Assembly: GCA_965649825.1 (NCBI GenBank)
Contig: OZ287702.1
Coordinates: forward strand, 610,786-674,785
Length of the DNA stretch: 64,000 nt
Source: Penicillus capitatus
Taxonomy: Eukaryota; Plantae; Chlorophyta
Direction: 5' to 3'
Made by a program: the position numbers and the translations under genes. Each line of letters opens with the position of its first letter. The stretch's first letter is position 1. Positions 23,376 through 35,920 of this stretch are shown here, piece by piece. The notes under the pieces are model-generated. The model searched no databases and had not been told where the DNA came from. It saw only the letters and a list, made by a program, of their open reading frames with translations.

Positions 23376-25008
23376 GCTTAATAAAAGCTTATTCTCCGTA
23401 AACACGCAAAGCCTCGACGAGGATGCGCAGAAGGCGACGATGTGACGATATGTATTTTACAGGAACGGTAAAAGAACGACGTCGAGTCGGCAACTAAAGC
23501 GAGTAGCAGCCTCGACAGATGATGGCGGATAGTGCACAAGAAGTTCTCAATTCAGCGAGGCAATGACTCAAATAGAGACTGAAAGCCACTGCTCGGGTCA
23601 GTCACTTCGATGCTGATGACGTGACGTTTACAGCGTAGCTGGTGCGCGCTGAGTTGGCGCGAATGCTGACAACGTGTCGATGAAGCGGACCTCTATTTGG
23701 GGGTTAGATAAATTCCCTTTACTGCTAACACTACCTGGAGGAGAGGAAGAGACTGTGTTTGCGGGGAGATTAATGACGTTTCTCGGATAAGATGACTGTC
23801 AGAGTTTGTTTCCCTAAGAATCGAGTATTAGATTGTCTTACACATTCTTTTACCTTCGTCGAGTTTTATTTTCTATCGATCGAGACAGAGCGATGCCATT
23901 CAGTTTTAAAAACTTGCGGTCAGATATACGACCCGTAGTACAGCACAGTGGAAGGATAGCGATACCACATACGATCGCGCATGGTATCCACCTTGTTATG
24001 CGCGACGATAGTAGAATCGCTTGATCAGAAGGAGCGATAATGGCCACCGAAGATCAGATCTATGCCGCTGACCCGCCATCTTAGCTAGCGATCGGCCTTT
24101 GAGCTATGTCGACAGGTTGTAGAGCTGATGAAGAGGGTGACCCTTCCTTCTTGATTCAGAAGGATGGTAGTCTTGGTTTTCGAGACAGGCGATCTTCACG
24201 CAATCTCTGTTCTTTCAGTCGGAATCATCAAACTGAACCGATCAGGCTTGAACGATGAATCGAAACAGAAGAATCGATCCAGGGAATAAGATGGCGGTCT
24301 TTGCCTTATCGATCGATCTGTACTAAATTTGCCTCTTTGATCGAGTAAGGCGGGATAAGACCCTCGAGTCAAACAGCCCTTACCCTTCAGCTTCAAACGC
24401 ATTGCAGAGTACCCCAAGTAATTGCAAGCCGCGGGAAAACATCTGCCATCGATCGAATTCGTAATCGGTGAACGTCGACAACCAGTTGCGATTGCCATCG
24501 GAAAAATCCGTTGTCGTCCGATCGCATCGATGTCCGTCGATTGAAGAAGTGTGCAAGAAACAACTAATCCCCGATAACAGTAATCCTTTCATAGCAATAG
24601 TATTGGACGATCGGAGTCTAGCGGATGACTCGGTCGCCATCATCGTCCCCTCACCAGACACTATTCGCCGGTTCCGCAACTTGCTGTAGACCGCGCATCG
24701 ATGAGAATTTAAAGAGAAAAGCTGAGAGATTGAGGCACTACAGACAATCGAAGCGACGCTACCCATCCTCGATCGTATCGCGCATTCGGATCGCGTTCGT
24801 TTAAAAGAAACACAAGGCGATGTCGCAATGATCGCCGTTTCTAGATCGATCGATTGCATGGCGAATCGTGACCGCGACAACAATGTGTCGTGACAACGAA
24901 TGTCACCGTCAGCGCGATGCGACAGCCACGTATGTACGATATCAGCTTCATCAATGTCATCATTCAGGGTTGGTCGTCTCGATTCTTGCGCGCGTCGCAT
25001 TCGTTATC

Positions 25009-27991
25009 ATGATGAACTCGTCTTCGGCAGTGTTGCCACCGCCAGTGCCACGTCCATTCGAAATCGTCGGCGACAACCCCGGTCCGCGATGTGGGCATAC
25101 CCTCACTGCCGTCTACGCCAATGAAACAGACCCCAACACAGCCAAGCTCATCCTGTTCGGTACCTTTGCCGATTATAGTACCGTTGCCATTTGGCGACGG
25201 GATCCTCTTAATGCAGGAGGAGCAACGGCTTTGGAATCTGGAGGAAAAGGAGAGGCGAATACCGGTGGCGGTGCAGGCGGTGGTAGACTGATAACGCAGT
25301 GTCGAACGGTTGGCCAAGGTGGTGTTGTAGGCATACGGTTGGCAGGTGCCACGAGTGAAGTGCACGTGTTTGATGTCTTCTCGGGCGTTTGGAAAAAGAT
25401 TACACCATTGGGCGAAGCACCGTCTCCCCGAGCAGCACATGCAGGTGCAGCTGTGGGAAGTATGGTCGTCATCCAAGTAAGCATGTCTTTCATCCCTGAC
25501 CACCTTGGACATCTGACGATGCAGGGAGGCATAGGCCCAGCAGGCCTCGCGTCGGAAGATCTACATGTCTTAGATTTCACAGACTTTGGCAATCCAAAAT
25601 GGCACAGGTCTTGTCCTGGATGCATTTGCGATCGGCGGATATCATGTGTGTGGGAGATAGGGTGATCGTGCATGGAGTGGGCCCAGGGGCACGTTATGCT
25701 CATGTACTGGCCCTTGTAGCAAATCGCTTTTTGGTCGTGATGGGTGGAAACGATGGCAAGAATACATTGGGGGATGCCTGGGCGCTCGATACATCTGAGA
25801 AACCATACAAATGGAGAAAGATCTGCGAAGCGGATGACATGCCATCTGCACGGTATGCACGATGATCGATGGTTTGTTCGATCTACGAGCAGTAGATAGG
25901 AAACGGTGCTGACTGTTGGTTGCTTTTAGAATGTATGCTTCCTCTGCGCCCCGCAGTGACGGTTTGCTGCTGCTTTGTGGGGGTCGTGATGCGAAAGGCA
26001 CTCCATTGGGGGATGCTTACGGTTTTGCTCGACATCGTGATGGAAGATGGGAATGGGCCACAGCTCCAGGTCCAATGCCAACTCCCAGATATCAGCATTC
26101 TGCTATTTTTGTGAAATCGCGACTTCATATCACCGGTGGTGCCGTCGGTGGTGGCAAGATGGTGGACGAAGAGTTATCTGTGGTGAGCCTGGATACACAG
26201 GCAGGCGTCTGGTGCCAACCAGAGAACAGTGCAAGACGTTTGGGGGATCATATGAGACGGTGCAGACATACGACCAGTTCCATCGGAGATGTCGTTTTCA
26301 TTTATGGTGGATTACGCGGAAGCACCCTGTTGAGTGATTTCCTCGTTGGATTCGATGGCTACGGTATCTCACACTTTCTCACTCTTTCTAGCTTACGGTG
26401 TGTGATCAGCGGATGAGATGCAAATCGGTGATCCTGCGTCGAAGGTGTGGCAGGAATGGATTTCATCGGGACGTGAACTGGGAGATATCACCAAGAAAGA
26501 TGCCGAAGAGGCAGCCGCCTTTTCTGCCTCTTTCCAGCTGAATAGCAATGCGCAAAGCACCTCCGAACCATCATCAAGACCTCCCATTGCTCAAGAAGTC
26601 CAGAGTTTCAAAGCACGACCGACACAGGCCGACGAAGACAGTCCTGTGGATGTCAAACTGTGGAACAGGTGCGCATATCTTAGACCATCACCATTCTCTG
26701 AGCTGTGCTGTACAGAGCCATTGTGGTTCCGAACGAATCGGCGGGAAATTTGAAGAGTTTAGTGCGACAGCTCTCACTGGATCAATTAGATTACGAAGGC
26801 AAAAGAGTCTCGTTGCCTATCAATGGCGACAGTCCGCTCATCACACGTCAGACTTCACACATGCCAGGAACAAGCACCATTCACAGACACGTCATCGAAA
26901 CGCTTTTGAAACCGAAATCCTGGAGACCGTCAGCCGAGCGACGCTTCTTTCTCACTGCCGAAGAGATCAGCGAAATGTGCGAAGAAGTCGAAAAGGTCTT
27001 CAAAGATGAAGCCACTGTGCTTGAATTGAACGCGCCAGTCAAGATCTTTGGCGATCTGCACGGGCAGTTTAAAGATCTGATGCGTCTGTTTGAAGAATAT
27101 GGCTATCCGAATGTGGGAGGTGACATTACCTACATTGACTATCTCTTTCTTGGAGACTATGTGGACCGCGGTGCCCACAGTCTGGAAACGATCTGCCTTT
27201 TGTTGGCCCTAAAGATCATGTACCCCAGAAACATTCATCTCATTAGAGGAAACCACGAAGCGGCAGACATCAATGCCTTGTTTGGATTTCGATTGGAGTG
27301 TCTGGAAAGACTGGGAGATCCAGACGGTATCTGGGCATGGCAAAGAATCAATACGGTGTTCAACTGGCTGCCGCTGGCTGCCAGAATCGAAGGAAAGATT
27401 TTCTGTATGCACGGAGGCATTGGCCGATCCATCGAGACCGTGAGACAAATCTCGACGCTCGAGAGGCCCTTGACACTGGAAGACGGAGGATTGGTCTTGA
27501 TGGATCTTCTCTGGTCCGACCCAACGACAAACGATTCCATTGAAGGCGTTCAGCCAAGTCCACGTGGTCCAGGACTCGTGACCTTCGGACCCGATCGCGT
27601 GAAAGAGTTTTGCAAGAACAACGGTTTACAGATGATTATCCGAGCACATGAGTGTGTCATGGACGGCTTTGAGAGATTTGCACAGGGACACCTGATCACG
27701 CTATTCTCAGCGACAAACTACTGTGGCACAGCAAACAACGCCGGTGCCATTCTGGTCATGGGACGTAATCTTGTCCTCGTCCCTAAGCTCATCCATCCAC
27801 TGCCTCCTCGAGCAGACGACGATGCCAGTTCAGATGATTTGGACTCCAAACCTGCCGAGGCTTGGATGCAGGTCAGCCATTCTTTCTTGTCTTGTGCTCA
27901 CTCTTCTTTATGTCTGCAGAGTATTAATGACGAGAGGCCACCGACGCCACCCCGTGGTCGTCCAACAGACGCAAAGCCCATGTTCTTCTAG
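25009..27991 (+). CDS. BSL1: BSU1-like Kelch-repeat Ser/Thr protein phosphatase (PPKL)
   Basis: Kelch repeats PGPRCGHTLTAV, PSPRAAHA, GPGARYAHVLALV and PTPRYQHSA. PPP motifs GDLHGQ, GDYVDRG, RGNHE, MHGGIG, DLLWSDP, RAHECVMDGFE and TLFSATNYCG. Ends with the DERPPTPPRGRP tail. Confidence 0.96.
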
Positions 27992-28080
27992 AGTGTCATG
28001 CATCGGCGTTTGGCATAAGCATCGAGGAAGGTGTTGATGTTCATTGACAGATTTTGCTTCTTTACATTCAATACGACGTT

Positions 28081-29275
28081 TCACACTGTATGTACGCGAT
28101 GGGAATCTTGTGCGTTGAGGAGGGACAGGATATGTGTCGCAAGATCTCCTTTTGAGTGCATCTCTTCGATGACATCGCATCCTCCTACGAATTCACCTCG
28201 GACATAGAGCTGAGGATAGGTTGGCCACTGGGCATAGTTTTTGAGTCCTTGACGAACAACGTCATCCTGAAGGATATCATAATGGCCAAACTCAATGGCA
28301 TTCTGTTGCAGTGCTGCCACTACACGTATGCTGAATTTGCACAGTGGGGCTGTCGGAGATCCTTTCATGAAGAGCATGACAGGTGATTGCTTCGTCAATC
28401 TCTCACACTTTTGATCTATGGTCTCATTGAGCACACCTTCACCAGCCTTATCCACAATCTCTTTCTGCAGTTGCTGCTTCTCTTTGAGTTCGGTGATGAT
28501 GTCGCATCCGCCAAGAAACTCGCCCTTGACATAGAGCTGAGGATAGGTTGGCCAACACGAATACTCTTTCAGTCCCTGATCTGTGGGTCAATTCCAAAAC
28601 ACGTGTGACGGTGACACACTTGACGTATTGCCTCGTCTTGAAGGATATCGAAATGTGAGAATTGGATGTGCGCCTCATTCAGCGCGTCAATAACGCGTGA
28701 GCTGAATCCACAACGTGGAGCATCTGGATTGCCTTTCATGAAGAGGATGACATCGGCTGAATGAATCAGCTGGGCGATCCGTTGATTCAGGGCGTTCTCT
28801 TTCGACTCCTTCGGTAAATCTGCTGCGTACTCGTCGAGCTTCTTCACGAGTGTCGGTGCATTTGCCCCTTCTACTCGATCCACCACTTTTCCTTGCTAAG
28901 TACCAAACTCCGTTGGCAAAGAGATCGTCGCCTGGACGTCTTGTCACTTTAAAGAAGAGGACATGTGGGATTGCTTGGACATCGTAGTCTTTCTGAATAG
29001 CTGTTTCCTTTTCGACATCGACCTGTCCCCAGAGTTGCTTCAATGATATTGCGAGGAGAGGGAATCAGGGAACCGTCAAGAATTGGATCTCCGGATGCAT
29101 GGTGGAGAGCTCTTTGCAGATGACGGCCATTTGACGAGACGGCTCGCTCCATTCTGCCTGGCAGAGGACGACAACCTGAACGCCGATGCATTCAGTTCGA
29201 TACACCGTATATCGAACGGACGTTTGATGGTTTTTGAATAGCATCTCGCAGTTGTGCTGCTGTTATGGTATCCAT
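28081..29275 (-). CDS. GRXS17: Multidomain monothiol glutaredoxin (Trx-like + 2 Grx domains; GRXS17/GLRX3-like)
   Basis: N-terminal Trx-like QAEWSEPS and VDRVEGANAP. Grx1 FMKGNPDAPRCGFS and WPTYPQLYV.GEFFGG. Grx2 FMKGSPTAPLCKFS and WPTYPQLYVRGEFVGGCD. Confidence 0.92.
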
Positions 29276-30025
29276 CGACACAGTCGACGCGATTCGACTC
29301 TCTCTTTAAAATCAATGAATGGACAAAGAAATGCATATATTTAACAATTAAAGCATCATGGCAAAAGGGATCGACGTTTGCTATTCAAGTGCTGAAGGTT
29401 GATGAACAAGAAGGAATGTGTTGATCATTGTCACGATGTAAATGGCACCTGGTCTACAAAGATCGTCACTCAGCTACTCGTGTTCTGTCGCTTACATGTT
29501 CCTTTTTCCATTTATTCATCATTATTCATTTTTCTGATAACAATCGTATCGAAAGTTCTTAAGACTCTCTCATAAAAACATGGAGAAGACCGAAATGAAG
29601 TCCTTGTGTATGACATGGATACAGAATCCACGAATCGACAACACTCAACATGTATGACTACTAATGGACAATGGCTGAGCATTGAACATCACATTCAAAC
29701 AAGGCTGTGAATCCAATCGTCTTAAGACGATCAGGACTCTCTAAGACTGTTTCGAGTTCGAGGGATGGACAATCCGGCAGAAAAACCGACTCCAAATGCA
29801 CGTTTCGACTGCTCACGTATCTTAATTCTGACAAACATTGATTAAGAGCATCCTGACATGATAACCTAGTGATCGTAAGAACGCACGAATCGATTGTCGC
29901 GTCGGCAGCGTTCCAAACGTCTGCTTCGGAACATCCTGACGGCTTCTCATCTTCGTAAAGACCGGGGGTATTTGTAGCCAGGTTTCCGTCATTTGTTCGG
30001 AATCGTCATAGAAGAACAGAAAGAA

Positions 30026-31660
30026 ATGGAGAGACAGGAAACATGTCTCCTGACAGAATCGCCTGAAGCCGTGACGTCGGTGGAGGGAGGCCACCGAGAT
30101 TGGGCTTCTCTGCCGTTTCCTGTTATCGAGTGTCTCGTTCGCTTGCTCAAAGACACTCGACGATGGAGACTGGAGGGTCGGTCTCTGAGGCTCCTCAACA
30201 GACACTGGTCAGCAGCTATCGGCATGCATGTGGATGAGATTCGTCCTGACGCTACGCGAACCATTGTCGACGAGGATATCGCATCGCTGCTGAAGTTCAG
30301 ACGAGTGACATCCGTGGACATTTCTCCGTTTCTGATTCAACCTTCCCGATACACAAAGCCAAAAACCCGTAGACAGAAGAAACTTTACTTGAAAAATTGG
30401 TACGACACGAAGTTAGAGAGGATTGTTGACAGGCTCCGCCAATTGCCACAGCTAGCGCAGATTGAAGTTGGACTCAAAGTGGTGACCATCCTGTACAATC
30501 ATTGTTCAAGAGTTGGAGAACAGTTTTCCAGATTGGGGAGGATCACCTCAGTGTACTTTTATGGCAGAGAGAACCTCAAGCTTTACCGCAAAACACATCT
30601 AAGCATATCCTGGACGGAGCTGCGCCATGACGAGCATCAATCTGACTATTCGAGCACACTCACGACTCTGGTGCGCAGTCTGCGTCATTTGGAAACACTG
30701 GAAGTCGAAGGGTCCGTACTGGATAGTTGCGTACAGTTTGATTATCTGGACCAAGTGAAACATGTCGTCCTCGAAGGTGTGGACTCAAGAATACTGACTC
30801 AGCTTTCAAATCCATCGGCGGCAGTTTCTTCCGTCGCCGTTTTTCCCCCGCACAGATGCACACGAGATATTCCTGTTCAACAGACGCGTCTGGATGGTCT
30901 AAGCCTGGCCGGGGTTAAGCAGGACGATCTCAACCAATTGTCTCGCACTTCTGCAGCGGAATGTCTAAAGGTTCTGGACATGGAGGGATACTTCGAAGTT
31001 GAGGAACTTGTTTTTCCAAGCGGAACCACCATTACGACATTCAGGCAACTAGAATGCTTAAATTTCGTATCATGTCACATTTTGGGAGCATCCTTGAGAG
31101 GGACTCTTCCCAATCTCAAGGCATTGAGAATCGAGAATTGCACCCTGACAGACAGCTATGTGACATTTGTTACCCAATTTCATAAGCTGGAGCTGTTGAA
31201 ATGGTATGACGTCATTTGTCCACGGCTAAGGTTACTTCACTTGCCATGGGAAAAGTTAAAGTTGCCAAACCTTCGATCATTATGCGTTGTTCCCCTCTGC
31301 GGCGACTCCGAAGTTCTGTCCATTTCCAGACAAACGAGTCTGGAAGTTCTGAAGATCGGATCCTGGTTTGACAGCTTATTTCCCGTCAATCTCACAAACG
31401 AAGGACTATGTGTACTGGAAGAACTGCATAATCTTCGCATCTTGTACATAGTCGCTTACGAAACGAAAACAAGAAGAATGTGGTCATCCTTGCTATCTGT
31501 CAAGTTCCTCACGAAACTGGAGCAACTGTGGATGCAGTTTGACCGTGAGAGTGTTGAAGACGAGGACAGCTTCGAACGCATAAAATGCATTTCGCCTCAT
31601 TTGATCTTGAAATCTGGCTGGCACAGTATTCTAAGGCTCGATTCGGCTATTTTCATTTGA
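30026..31660 (+). CDS. F-box-like/LRR (RNI-like) paralog 2, intronless
   Basis: Uninterrupted ORF. N-terminal F-box-like DWASLPFPVIECLVRLL...LRLLNRHW, followed by LxxLxxLxL repeats (LPNLKALRI, LEVLKIGS). ATG at 30026 is aligned with the paralogs. Confidence 0.85.
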   Translation: MERQETCLLTESPEAVTSVEGGHRDWASLPFPVIECLVRLLKDTRRWRLEGRSLRLLNRHWSAAIGMHVDEIRPDATRTIVDEDIASLLKFRRVTSVDISPFLIQPSRYTKPKTRRQKKLYLKNWYDTKLERIVDRLRQLPQLAQIEVGLKVVTILYNHCSRVGEQFSRLGRITSVYFYGRENLKLYRKTHLSISWTELRHDEHQSDYSSTLTTLVRSLRHLETLEVEGSVLDSCVQFDYLDQVKHVVLEGVDSRILTQLSNPSAAVSSVAVFPPHRCTRDIPVQQTRLDGLSLAGVKQDDLNQLSRTSAAECLKVLDMEGYFEVEELVFPSGTTITTFRQLECLNFVSCHILGASLRGTLPNLKALRIENCTLTDSYVTFVTQFHKLELLKWYDVICPRLRLLHLPWEKLKLPNLRSLCVVPLCGDSEVLSISRQTSLEVLKIGSWFDSLFPVNLTNEGLCVLEELHNLRILYIVAYETKTRRMWSSLLSVKFLTKLEQLWMQFDRESVEDEDSFERIKCISPHLILKSGWHSILRLDSAIFI

Positions 31661-33047
31661 TTCGGTAGCCAAACGCTACCCAGGAAACACCGACAAAAGA
31701 TCAGAAGTTGACGCTCGAGTGATCATAGTTTCAGCTATGATTGTTGCATGTTGCAGTACAGCAATGCAAAAACGGTGAGCCTGTTTCAATCTTGCACGGA
31801 CGCTGCGGCTTTTGCGAGACTTTGAAGCGATTTCCAATTACCCTTATGCTTTTCACACATATGCGTTGTCTATTTTCCCTCGTTCTCTATGGCACTTGTG
31901 AAGTCAACAGACGGGGCACGGTGTTTTCTGGCTGTGATCGAGATTCAGAGGTCGTTTGCTTTTAGTGTTCAGCTATAACTGCCAATCCCACATAAACTAC
32001 CATCATTTGGATTAAACTCTTGTATTCGCGTGCAGCCTTACCAAGAGGATTTTAGCCTCTCGAGTACAAGTATGATAGAAAGCTCCGAACGGCCGGATTG
32101 AAACGATCAATAACTTCGTTGACTGACGTGGATTGCCAAGCAGAGTTCTTTATGACTTCAGAGTCCGATGCCCACGAGAATCTTCCGCAAATCGACAAGG
32201 AATGGAGGTGCGAACTGATGGAATGACGATCGACAGGCTAAAGAAAGAAATATCCTTTCTCTTTCTTTGAAAGCCGGGACTATCGAATCTCGCTTGACTT
32301 GTTCCTTCTCCTCTGTTGGCCGTCATCATCACGATAAGCAACAACATTGCCTTCACCTAAAGCTCCTTTTTTGCAAAACTCATCCCTCGACGTTCGTCCT
32401 TTCAAGTTTTGAATGTCTCTCATTTTGAACGGGTAAGGTGAAACAAACCAGTTCAGATTACGGTTCATCGAACAGTTCACCAGAAGTATCGGCAAAACCA
32501 ACAGAGACCTGTCTTGGATCATTGCTGTATACAACACAGTCTTACTGGAGATAAGCCAACCAGAGATACTTGCTCTTGAATGAAGCACCGGGTTTGTCGA
32601 ACGCGTTGGTTAATGCGATGGACAACAAACGCAGAGTCATACTAGAGGAACGAACGACTTGAAGCTTCCCCGCATGTCGTGTTTCCTCGCTGCAATTTCC
32701 GATCGTTGTCGAACATTAGTACTTGGCGTTCATGGAGAAGAGGCAACATAGAATCTTCTCGAGCTGATCGAGTAAGTCCCAGATTCGGATGAATATGCCA
32801 CTTACGAAAACTGTATATGATCCTACCTAAGCATTTCTACTGTTCGTATGTTCTGCTTTCACGACACAGCGATTTGAAGCTTCTCAAGTCAGAAACACAC
32901 GACGTGCGAACGCATGATGCAGCTGTCACATCAGCATTCCAAACATCTGCTTCCGAACATCCTAACAGCTTCCTGTCTTCGCAGAGACTCAGATACTTGT
33001 AGCCAGGTTTTCGCCTTTTGATCACAATCGTTGTAGAAGAACAAGAA

Positions 33048-34721
33048 ATGGAGAGACAAGAAACGGGTTTAGTAACCGAGTTGACTGAAGCCGAGACGTC
33101 ATTGAAGGAAGGTCATCGAGATTGGGCTTCTCTGCCGTTTCCTGTTATCGAGTGTGTCGTTCGCGTGCTCAAGGGCACTCGGAGATGGAGACTGGAGGGT
33201 CGGTCTCTGAGGCTCCTCAACAGACACTGGTCAGCAGCCATCAACATACACGTGGAGGAGATTCGCTCCGACGCTACGCGAACCATCGTCGACGAAGACA
33301 TCGCATCGCTGTCGAAATTCGAAGGCGTGACATCTATTGACATTTCGCCGTTTCTGATTCTCCCTCCCGAACTTACACTGCGAATAAACTGCAAGAAGAA
33401 AGAATACTTGAGAAATTGGTATGATACGATGCTGGAGAGGATTGTTGACGTGCTCTCCCAGTTGCCGAAGCTGATGCAAATCGAAATCAAAATCAGCGTC
33501 GAAACAATGGTCATCTTCCGCCGCTCTCGGTCAGCAGCACAGGAACAGTTTTCGAGACTGGAAAAGATCACTTCAGCGTACCTGTACGGAAAAGAGAACC
33601 TTAAGCGGTATGGCAAAACGCATCTAAACACGACGCACACGTGGCTACACAATAAGGAATCGAAACAGGACTATCCAATCATACTGGCGCAACTGCTGGG
33701 CAGTCTAAAGCGATTGGAATCATTAGAAGTGGAATGGTCTGCGCTGAAACACTGCAAGCAGTTTGAGTTTCTGGACGAAGTGAAAAATCTGATACTTCAC
33801 GGCGTGGATTTCCGCATGCTTACCCGACTACCAAATCCATCGACAACAGTTTCTTCAGCTGTAGTGCCGATGAATGACGGTTTCGCTCCTGACCCTCTTG
33901 TCCACCTGAATTGTTTGCATGGCTTAAGCATTAAGTGGTCACCTCAACAAGACAATCTGATTCCATTGTCTCGCAGTCGCGGTGCCGAATATCTGAAGGT
34001 TCTTACTATTAGCGAACACTGGTGGGAGGCAGACTGGCGTGCCATTCCAAATGAGGCGTTTGGAAAATTTAAACAGCTGGAATGTCTGAGTATGAGATCA
34101 TGTTGCTTCGATGGAGCATTACTCGGCGAAAAACTGCCGAATCTAAAGGCATTGCGAATCGAATTTTGTACTGTGCTCGACGGTATTGCGACTTTCGTGT
34201 CCCAGTTCAGGGAACTCGAGCTCTTGTGTTGGCAAAGCGTATTTACCACATATTATTTAGAAGAACCCATGCAAGAAGCCTTGAAGCCATTGTCTCTGCC
34301 ATGGGAGAAGATGACATCGCTAAATCTTCGATCTCTGAGTGTTGTCCCAGTCCTTGACGATTCTGAGTTGATATTCATTTCGCGGCAAACGAATCTGGAA
34401 GTTCTTCATATCGGATCAGATTACTTCAGCTACAATGGGTATGTGGCAGACAAATGGATGCATGTGCTCGAAAAGTTGCCTAATCTTCGCATCTTGCAAG
34501 TGCAATTCTTAGAAATCGCACAAAGGAGAATATGGTCGGCACTGCTGTCTTCCAACATGGTCACGAGATTGGAGCAATTGTGGCTGCAGTGCCACAATGT
34601 GTATGAGGAAGACGAGCAGATACTGGAAGACATAAGACGCAGATCACCTCATATCATCTTAAAGGTAGGCCGTTGGAATACAAACTGTTTCTTAATGTTC
34701 GACAGAGCTTGTTTCATTTGA
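33048..34721 (+). CDS. F-box-like/LRR paralog 3, intronless
   Basis: Uninterrupted ORF with the same architecture; ends FDRACFI like paralog 1. Confidence 0.85.
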   Translation: MERQETGLVTELTEAETSLKEGHRDWASLPFPVIECVVRVLKGTRRWRLEGRSLRLLNRHWSAAINIHVEEIRSDATRTIVDEDIASLSKFEGVTSIDISPFLILPPELTLRINCKKKEYLRNWYDTMLERIVDVLSQLPKLMQIEIKISVETMVIFRRSRSAAQEQFSRLEKITSAYLYGKENLKRYGKTHLNTTHTWLHNKESKQDYPIILAQLLGSLKRLESLEVEWSALKHCKQFEFLDEVKNLILHGVDFRMLTRLPNPSTTVSSAVVPMNDGFAPDPLVHLNCLHGLSIKWSPQQDNLIPLSRSRGAEYLKVLTISEHWWEADWRAIPNEAFGKFKQLECLSMRSCCFDGALLGEKLPNLKALRIEFCTVLDGIATFVSQFRELELLCWQSVFTTYYLEEPMQEALKPLSLPWEKMTSLNLRSLSVVPVLDDSELIFISRQTNLEVLHIGSDYFSYNGYVADKWMHVLEKLPNLRILQVQFLEIAQRRIWSALLSSNMVTRLEQLWLQCHNVYEEDEQILEDIRRRSPHIILKVGRWNTNCFLMFDRACFI

Positions 34722-34844
34722 CCAAAGCGGCCAAGAGAAAACAGTAGAGTTAGGTGAGTCTCTTTCCCTGGCAGACGATTTGATGCATACGAATATCTAG
34801 TGCTTCAAGGCTTGGCTGCAGTATTATCAGACGAAGAGTGGTTT

Positions 34845-35560
34845 CACAGGCTGTCGGGCGCAAGGAGAGTCTCAGCAGCCGTTGTACACAGACAGCCGGT
34901 GATCATAAACGCTCCCAGTCTGTAAATACGTTCGATTGCTTAGAGCTTTTTAGCGTCGGCCAGTCCGCAGCTTCTCCACACTTCTGCACGATAGAGAGCG
35001 GTCGGGTAATGCATGACTTAACGAGAATCCGAGTAGCGTGGATGATGCGCCCCAGATGGAATGGTCAAGAGGTCGGATAGCTAGCTGCCAGACAGTCCAC
35101 ATCTCTTTTTAACGTCTTGGATATGACGCATATAGTTTAACTTGGCGTCCACGTTGGGACCAGGTAACGGAACATCGGTCCTTTGGAGAGCTTCTCGGAT
35201 CCCAGGCGATCTTCCATCGGAGCTGCTTCCTCAAGCTAATCGCACCAGGTTGTTGCTTTTCTGGGGATTATACAACATGGGTTTGCGGTTCCCCTGTTCA
35301 CTTTTCGTCAATACTCTCTCGAGAAGATTGGAGCATTTCTTGACAGGTGTAAGTTTGGAGTAGAGCAAACAGTCATCAGCGAAAAAGAAAAGCTTAGAGG
35401 TGAGTAAGCAACGTATCCTATCCAGCACCTTCATTTGACAGAGGCGGCAAAAGGTACGAGATCAGATTGTTTGAAGACAATCGGCCCGGTCTCGGGTTCG
35501 GACTTGCAGCCGATACTTGAAAAGCTGAGTCCAGTTGAGCATTTCGTGTACTCGTGCATT
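34845..35560 (-). mobile_element. Degenerate non-LTR retrotransposon (LINE) reverse transcriptase fragment
   Basis: Across frameshifts and stops the RT motifs occur in the expected order: GPIVF..DL, KLFFFADDCLLY, LYNPQKS, FRYL(G)..VDAKLNY..HIQDV, WGASS, LYRAEVW, MITGCLCTTAAETL. Confidence 0.8.
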
Positions 35561-35920
35561 TGATCACCAATGAACATCGTTTGAGAACTTCAAAATCAGG
35601 CCAGTGGTCGTACGAACTACGACTCTGCAACTATTATATCGGCATTTCAAACGTGTCGCGCTGTCGCGAACAGACACGCTGGAGCGCGACGATCTTGAAA
35701 TCCGAGAGCAGAAACAAAACGCACCGTCTCCATTTTGTGTCTAGATGTGACAAAACGTCTACTTCCGAGCATTGTCCTTGCGGCTTCTCATCTCTGCAGA
35801 GACTCTGTCGGGTATTTGTTGCAGGTTTCCGTCGTTTGTCCACAATCGTCGAAAAGAGCAGAAAGAACAGAGAGACAAGAAACGGGTTTAGTGTCCGAGT
35901 TGCCTGAAGCCGGGAGGTCA

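Noticed and set aside
24196-25000. Minus-strand ORFs upstream of BSL
   Set aside because: One protein-like exon with a GTAAGG donor, but no consistent spliced model; partly antisense to the BSL 5' region.
32050-32640. Possible minus-strand multi-exon gene between F-box paralogs 2 and 3
   Set aside because: Some exon-like stretches, but I could not build a frame-consistent model or recognise a domain.
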